DNA from: Mobula hypostoma
Taxonomy: Eukaryota
Reading direction: 5' to 3'
Length of the DNA: 64,000 bases
Assembly (NCBI RefSeq): GCF_963921235.1
Contig: NC_086097.1
Location: forward strand, 179,554,001-179,618,000
The position numbers and the translations under genes are program-made. Positions 53,185 to 64,000 of this stretch are shown piece after piece (within the stretch, counting starts at the first letter, position 1; the number at the start of each line of letters is the position of its first letter). The notes below the pieces were generated by a model that saw only the letters and a list, made by a program, of their open reading frames with translations, was not told where the DNA came from and searched no databases.

Positions 53185-54050
53185 CATGTGGTACAAAGCA
53201 AAGGAGGAAGATTACAGTGGCATCTAGATGAACTGGAATTGCTGGTCAAGGAATGGCAGCTGGAAATTATCTCTGACACGTTGGACATGATGCATTTGGG
53301 GAAGTTAAACCAGGGCAGCAGTTGGACAGGAAACGACTGGGCCTGGGTAGTGCTGTGGAACAGAGGTCCACAGCTTTCAGGTACAGCACTCCTTGAAAAT
53401 AACAACACAGGTAGACAGAGTGGTAAAATGGTGAAGGGGACACATTTCTTCAGATGGGGCACCGAGTACAAGAGTTGGAACATCATGTTAGTGAGACCAG
53501 GCCTGGAAAATTGGGTGCAGTTCTGCTCATCATAATAGAAAGAAGGATGAGAGGTTGCAGGGGAGATTCACGAGTATGTTGCTGGGACTCGAGGCCTTGA
53601 GCTATGAGAGAATGGATAGGCTGGGACGGTTTTCTCTGGAGCCAGGGAGGCTGATGGGTGAGTCTAAAACTAGAGCTCTATTCAGCACTCTTGTTATTGT
53701 TTTACCTTGTAGTACCTTACTGCACTATTGTATTTAATTGATTTGTACGGATGAGAAGTTTTCCAATTGTACCTCAGTACATCTGACAATAATTAAAGAA
53801 TTTACCAATTCAAAAGGGAACCAGAAGGGTAAGTGTTTTCCCCACACAGGGGGTGGTGGGTATGTATGCCAGATGAGGTGGAAGAGATGGGTAGAAAATT
53901 GCAACATACAAAAAAACATTTGGACAAATTCATGGATAGAAAAGGATGAGAGAGGTGTGGCCCAAATGCTGGCAATTGGGACTAGCTCAGGAATGTGCCT
54001 AGCTCAGCATAGACAAGATGCATCAAAGGACTTCTTTGCATGCTGTATAA
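53185..54050 (+). mobile_element. Decayed CR1 3' fragments in TTC39C intron
   Basis: LQ.DLD.L, MHLGK, LVRP.LE..VQF remnants. Confidence 0.65.
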
Positions 54051-54105
54051 GATAACCCAAAACCCATTAACCACCGACTTTTTGTACATCAATCTTCCAA
54101 CCTAC

Positions 54106-54144
54106 CTTGGCTTGGTAAAGCAAAGCTTTGCCTTTATCCAGCAT
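54106..54144 (-). CDS. TTC39C: TTC39C exon (39 nt)
   Basis: ggcag|MLDKGKALLYQAK|gtagg; phase 0-0. Confidence 0.9.
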
Positions 54145-54487
54145 CTGCCATAAAAAGAGACATATTAATAACAATCTTTACCCGCGGAAAGTCAGTACTG
54201 TAAGGATGCATCTGAATTACAATTCTAAAACTTAAGACATACTTTAACAATAAAAAAGCTGATTTGTGAAGCGGGTCAACAGGGACAGGAAGCCAGTCAG
54301 CCTCTGCCAATCTGCAAGTTCATGGCTAACTACTGTTGCTCCTTTTCTGGGAGACAGTTTCCCCAGTTTTAAAAAATGCCCTGTTCCCATTACTTCTCAA
54401 GTGCTCCAATTCTTTAAATCAAAAAAAGGCAAAAACCAGATAAGTGATTACATTTACCTGGTTTAGACTTAGTGGTTTAATGGTTTA

Positions 54488-54670
<183 letters not shown>

Positions 54671-55039
54671 TCATGGCAGCTTATGCCTGTAAGGAGAGGG
54701 GAATGGAATACCTTCTGATGCTGAGATGCCCAGTACTTCAACAGTAAGTTACTAATGTAGACTTGTAAAGATCCTTGTTTGCAATATAATTTTCCACCCC
54801 AAGCAAATCAACAGTGGAAGAATGAATGCAAACACACATTAGTTAAATAATAAAGCAGTAACTGAGCTAATTATTATACATGACTGACAATAAGTACTAG
54901 CATATTTTAGTAAACAATACATATTTTGTCATGCATTTCATATTGTAGTTAAGTACTTTTAGAATACAGGACAAACAATTCAGCATAATCAGAAGGCAAT
55001 AGTTCTTTGAGGAACACAAGTAGAATTGTTAATACACAC

Positions 55040-55137
55040 CTGCAGAGCACCATCTGTATTTCCTAGACATTTGTGTATTGCACCAAGGAGTAAGTGTTTT
55101 AACCCAACTGTTGATGGCTCATATATTTCCTGGCAAG
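55040..55137 (-). CDS. TTC39C: TTC39C exon (98 nt)
   Basis: ccag|(A)CQEIYEPSTVGLKHLLLGAIHKCLGNTDGALQ|gtgtgt; phase 1-0. Confidence 0.93.
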
Positions 55138-55739
55138 CTGGATAGATAGGTGACACATTAGATATTCTATTACAGAAGAGGATTCACTGTAAATGTCAGA
55201 CTTACAAATGCCAATATTAAAGAACAACAATGGAGAGGCAGGGAGAGAGGGAAGATATTCTTTCTCCCCCATGTTAGAAATATCTTGTACTAGAGGGTAT
55301 AGCTTTAAGGTGGGGGAGGGGAAGTTCAAAGGCGATGAGCAGGCCAAGTTTGTTTTTTTTAAACAAAGACTGGTGAGTGCCTGGAATATGCTGCCAGGGG
55401 TGGTGGTTATTATTATTACTTTTATTTGCACAGCAATTATTTGTCAGTCTTTATGTGTAGTTTATTGTAAATTCTATTTTATCTCTTTTTTCCCTGTAAA
55501 TGCCTACAAACCAAAAAATAATCTTGAGCTTAAATATTCCCCTGATAGCTCTAAAGCAATGGAATTTAGACAGCATGTGATCTCATCAGTAGCAGGTCAC
55601 ATTTTAGTATGTATTGAAACTGTTCACATGGACAAGGGTGATATTGTATTCATGCTTTTGACTTTAAACTCATAATGCACCTTGCTTGTGGAAATTTCAA
55701 AGGACTGAAAAACCCTTCTTGCTCTATTTATGCCTCAGG

Positions 55740-60167
<4,428 letters not shown>

Positions 60168-60509
60168 CTATACAAAATAACAAGAAAAAAACATATTCAA
60201 AGAAAGAAATAATTTTCTTTGTGGTTATAAATGACAATAGATTATACCAGTAAAAACAAAAAAATATTCAAAATACTGAGGATAAAATTATATACCGGAT
60301 GAAGTCATCAACCTTGCGATAAAAATTGTCTGTCTCTCTCTCTCTCTCTCCACAGATACTACCTGACCTGCTGAGTACTTCCAGAATTTCCAATATTGCT
60401 TGTTTTTAAGGCTCAGTTTATCACCACAAAAAAATACTTCACCTTATCTGGATTTGTTTAGTGATTCTAAAACTAATTTAGTCAGCTACATCACAGTTAA
60501 TTAGTTAAT

Positions 60510-63500
60510 ACTGACCAGAGAGGAATTCACGGTAAGGTGTAATTGCGGGAAAGTCTGCAAGAACATCAGAGGGCTCAAGATACACCAGAGCAGGTCTAGA
60601 TGTGAATCAATGGTGACCCAAGTGTAGCGCACGAACTTAGTGTCCAGTGAGACGAAGATGAATTCCAGCCAGGAAGCACCCTACAGAGCTGAAGATCTCT
60701 CTGCTCTTGAGTTGCCTCAGCACCAAACAACAGACCTAGTGAGTTCCTCTTTGGCTACCCCAATCCATTAGTCAAGGAAAGACAGGATCAAATGGCCTAG
60801 ATCATTAGACAACGTCGCCTGGATGTAGTCCAATGACGATCTAGACAGCATCCTGGAATTTGCCTTAGCAGGTCCAGTACACAGAAAGATCGACTCACTC
60901 ACAGCCATAGCGTACAATCCAGCTAAGGAACAATTTGGCTCAATGGAGCAGAGAAGCCAGCCCGAGTTACCACGGCAACCAAAGAGGAGGGAAACGGAGA
61001 TTCGTCGCTCGAGAGGCAAATTAAAGGCACTCAACAAGAGGTTTAAAGCCAGCTCACCGGCCGAAAAAGAAGGTATCAAGGACTTAACTAGTATGCTGCG
61101 GGAAAAGCTGTACAAACTCCGGAGGGCGGAACATCTGCGACAGCAAAGAAGGAAGAAAGAGTAAAGGCAAGCGCAGTTTGTGAGAGATCCATTCAGCTTC
61201 ACCGGGACTCTTCTTAGCCAACAAAAATCTGGTATACTATCCAGCTTGAAGCCAGAGGTAGAGGAGTTCCTGAGGGAGGCACACAGCGACCCATGGAGGG
61301 GTCAGGGACTAGGAACCAATCGGGCTGTGCGTAGACCGGAAAAACCATCAATTGAGCTGAATGTGAAGGAGCCTACATGGCAGGAAATCCAGGACATCAT
61401 CCGGAAAGCTAAAGCATCAGCTGCCCCAGGCCCAAGCGGCATACTTCATAAGGTGTATAAGAAATGCCCAAAACTTCTTCGGAGGCTGTGGAAGGTCATG
61501 AGAAAGATCTGGGCCAAAGGTACTATTCCATCAAGTTGGAAATTGGCAGAGGGATACTTTATTCCAAAGGAAGAGGTTTCTTCCACAATTGCCCAGTTTA
61601 GGACAATTTCTCTCCTGGATGTGAAATGTAAGGTTTTCTTTTCTGTGCTCGCAAGAAGGCTGACTTCTTACATGACGCAGAACCGCTATATCAACACATC
61701 CATCCAGAAAGGCGGTATTCCAGGCTTTTCGGGGTGTCTGGAACACACCTCAATGATTAGCCATTTGATCCGTAAGGCCAAGAAGAAGAAAGGCAACCTA
61801 ACAGTTGTCTGGTTAGACCTCGCAAACGCCTACGGGTCTATTCCACATGACCTCATCCTAGAAGGACTCGACCACTACTACATCCCAGTGGGTATTCGAG
61901 ACATGATCACCAGCTACCTAGGAGGATTCAAATTCAGATTTACATCAGCCCATTTCACAACTAGTTGGCAGGACCTCCAGAAGGGGATTCCAACAGAGTG
62001 CACTGTCTCTCCCATCCTATTTATTATGGGAATGAACCTCCTATTATCAGCAGCAGAAGATGTAACCAGCAGCCCGACGCTGAAGTCGGGCATTGTTCAG
62101 CTAGCCCTACGAGGGCTCATGGACGACATCACTATAACAACTGTGTCACATGTCCAAGCAAGATGGGTATTGGATACCCTGGATAATGTAGCCACTTGGG
62201 CTAGGATGTCCTTCAAGACCAAGAAGTCCAGGTGCATGGTGATCAGAAAGGGCAAAGTTAATAGCAAGTTTAGCCTCCAAGTTCAGGGTGAGGTCATCCC
62301 TTCCATCGAAGATAACCCAATAAAATGCTTGGAGAAGTGGTTTAATGTGTCATTGACAAATGGGGCCAATGTCACCAATGCTGTGAAGCAGAAAGACGAA
62401 TGGCTGAGGAAGATGGACAAATCTGGACTTCCAGGTAAATTCAAGACCTGGCTGTACCAATACGGCATTCTGCCTAGGCTTCTCTGGCTCTTCACACTTT
62501 ATGAGTTCCCCATGACTGCCGTAGAGGGCATCCAGAGGAAAACCAACAAGCACCTGCGGAGATGGTTGGGAGTTCCCCCAAGCTTCTCTTCAGTGGGCCT
62601 CTACATTCGTTCTGGGCAACTGCAGCTCCCCCTGTCATCTGTTGTGGAGGAATTCAAGGTGGCAAAATGCAGAGCCTTATTAAGCTTGAGAGATTCCAAT
62701 GACGTCTTGGTAAAGCAAGCAGGCGTTACAACCAGATCTGGGCGCAAGTAGGCTGCCAACGAAGCTGTAGAGGAGGCAATTTGTTCTCTGAAGCTGCGAG
62801 ATATCATCGGCAACCCCTGCGTCAGGCGGCAAGGCCTCGGCTCAGTTCACTTCCAGCAGTGGGGAAACACAGGTATAAGGAACAGATGAGACATGGTACA
62901 GGCAGAAGTACGGAACTGTGAGGAAGAGAAGCGGATGTCAAAGGCAGTGGAACAAGGGTTCCAGGGTGCCTGGATAAAGTGGGATCTGCCTAAGCGCAAG
63001 ATCTCATGGGCAGAGTTATGGAGACTGGAGCCCTTCAGTATTTCCTTCCTCTTGCAATCCCTGTATGACACCCTTCCTTCACCATTACATTTGTACACAT
63101 GGGGGATGAGAGAGGACCCAAACTGTAAGCTCTGTGGTCAAGAGGGGACACTGGCTCATATATTGTCCAGGTGTAAAACCGCTCTAACTCAAGGATGGTA
63201 TAGGTGGCGCCATGATAAGGTGCTTCTGGCTCTTGCTGACACACTAGAGCGGAAGAGACGCAAGACGAGGACGGCTGGCACAGATTTGAGGAAGGCCATC
63301 ACCTTCAAAGAGGGAGCCAGGCCTTTCGTAACCAAACAACCAAAGCCCAATCTGCTGCTAACGGCCAGGTCCTGGGAGATGAGGGTCGATGTTGGAAGGA
63401 GGTTGCAGTTCCCGGATGTGGTTCACACAACTCTACGTCCGGACATTGTACTGTCATCAACCAAAGACAAAAAAATAATTCTGGTTGAGCTGACTGTGCC

Positions 63501-63880
63501 GTGGGAGGAGGTATGGGAAGAGGCCCACGAGAGAAAGGCCTTGAAGTACCAGCCTTTAGTGAAGGAGTGTAAAGACAAGGGATGGCAGATATGGTTGTTC
63601 CCTGTGGAGATTGGCTGCAGAGGTTTCCCAGCCAAATTAGCATGGCAGTTGTTGTCAGATCTGGGCCTGGACGAAAGGAGTGAAAAACAAGGGGCAGAAC
63701 GAGCCTCTTGTTGGATTTGGAATAGGCGAGAGGAGGGGAGGGGAGCTGGAAGCCAGGAGCAGATGGGCAGTGATTTGGCCACCACTGCCAGCTCACCAAC
63801 TGGAGAATGTCGTGGTTAAGGGTCGAAACACTCTGTGAAAGTTGGAAACCACCTGATAACATCTGCTCCTGGCTGAAGGC
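60510..63880 (+). mobile_element. Hero-like (R2 superclade, RLE-encoding) non-LTR retrotransposon, near full length, inactivated by in-frame stops
   Basis: One frame: N-terminal CNCGKVCKNIRGLKIHQSRSRC finger (60538), RT (FRTISLL, WLDLANAYGSIPH, LMDD), CKLC..HILSRC knuckle, RWRHDKVL, RPDIV..ELTVPWEE nuclease. Confidence 0.88.
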
Positions 63881-64000
63881 TATGGTTACCTTATAAGGTA
63901 ACTGGAGAATGCACCCTAACAGGTATATGTAACAAGTGGTTACAGCAATACAACAAGACTAACAGTCCAAAAACTTGAGTTCAATCACCACCTAAGCAGT

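Overview
Eukaryotic (vertebrate) genomic DNA, most likely a cartilaginous fish (shark/ray; inferred from the HE1/V-SINE, CR1, Rex1 and Penelope repeat content). Two spliced genes lie on the minus strand in the same order as in mammals. The first is the last five coding exons of TTC39C (60167-52958). The second follows a CpG-rich promoter-like patch (~48.3-48.6 kb) and is a CABYR orthologue with N-terminal RIIa/D-D domain exons of 145 and 54 nt at 33.2 and 32.9 kb. This CABYR is greatly expanded (predicted ~1950 aa). A ~4.7 kb exon encodes Pro/Tyr repeats plus ~32 tandem Cx2HxCx2C units, and the terminal exon encodes S/T-P-G pentapeptide repeats. Introns are packed with non-LTR retroelements (CR1, Rex1/Babar, RTE, L1/Tx1, Penelope-like, Hero-like RLE, SINEs). 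Several carry candidate self-cleaving ribozymes: an HDV-like fold with unusual insertions at the 5' end of a 570-bp non-autonomous element, minimal hammerheads in Penelope ends, and a possible permuted hammerhead in the Hero 3' end. All assignments come from reading the sequence by eye; no searches were run.
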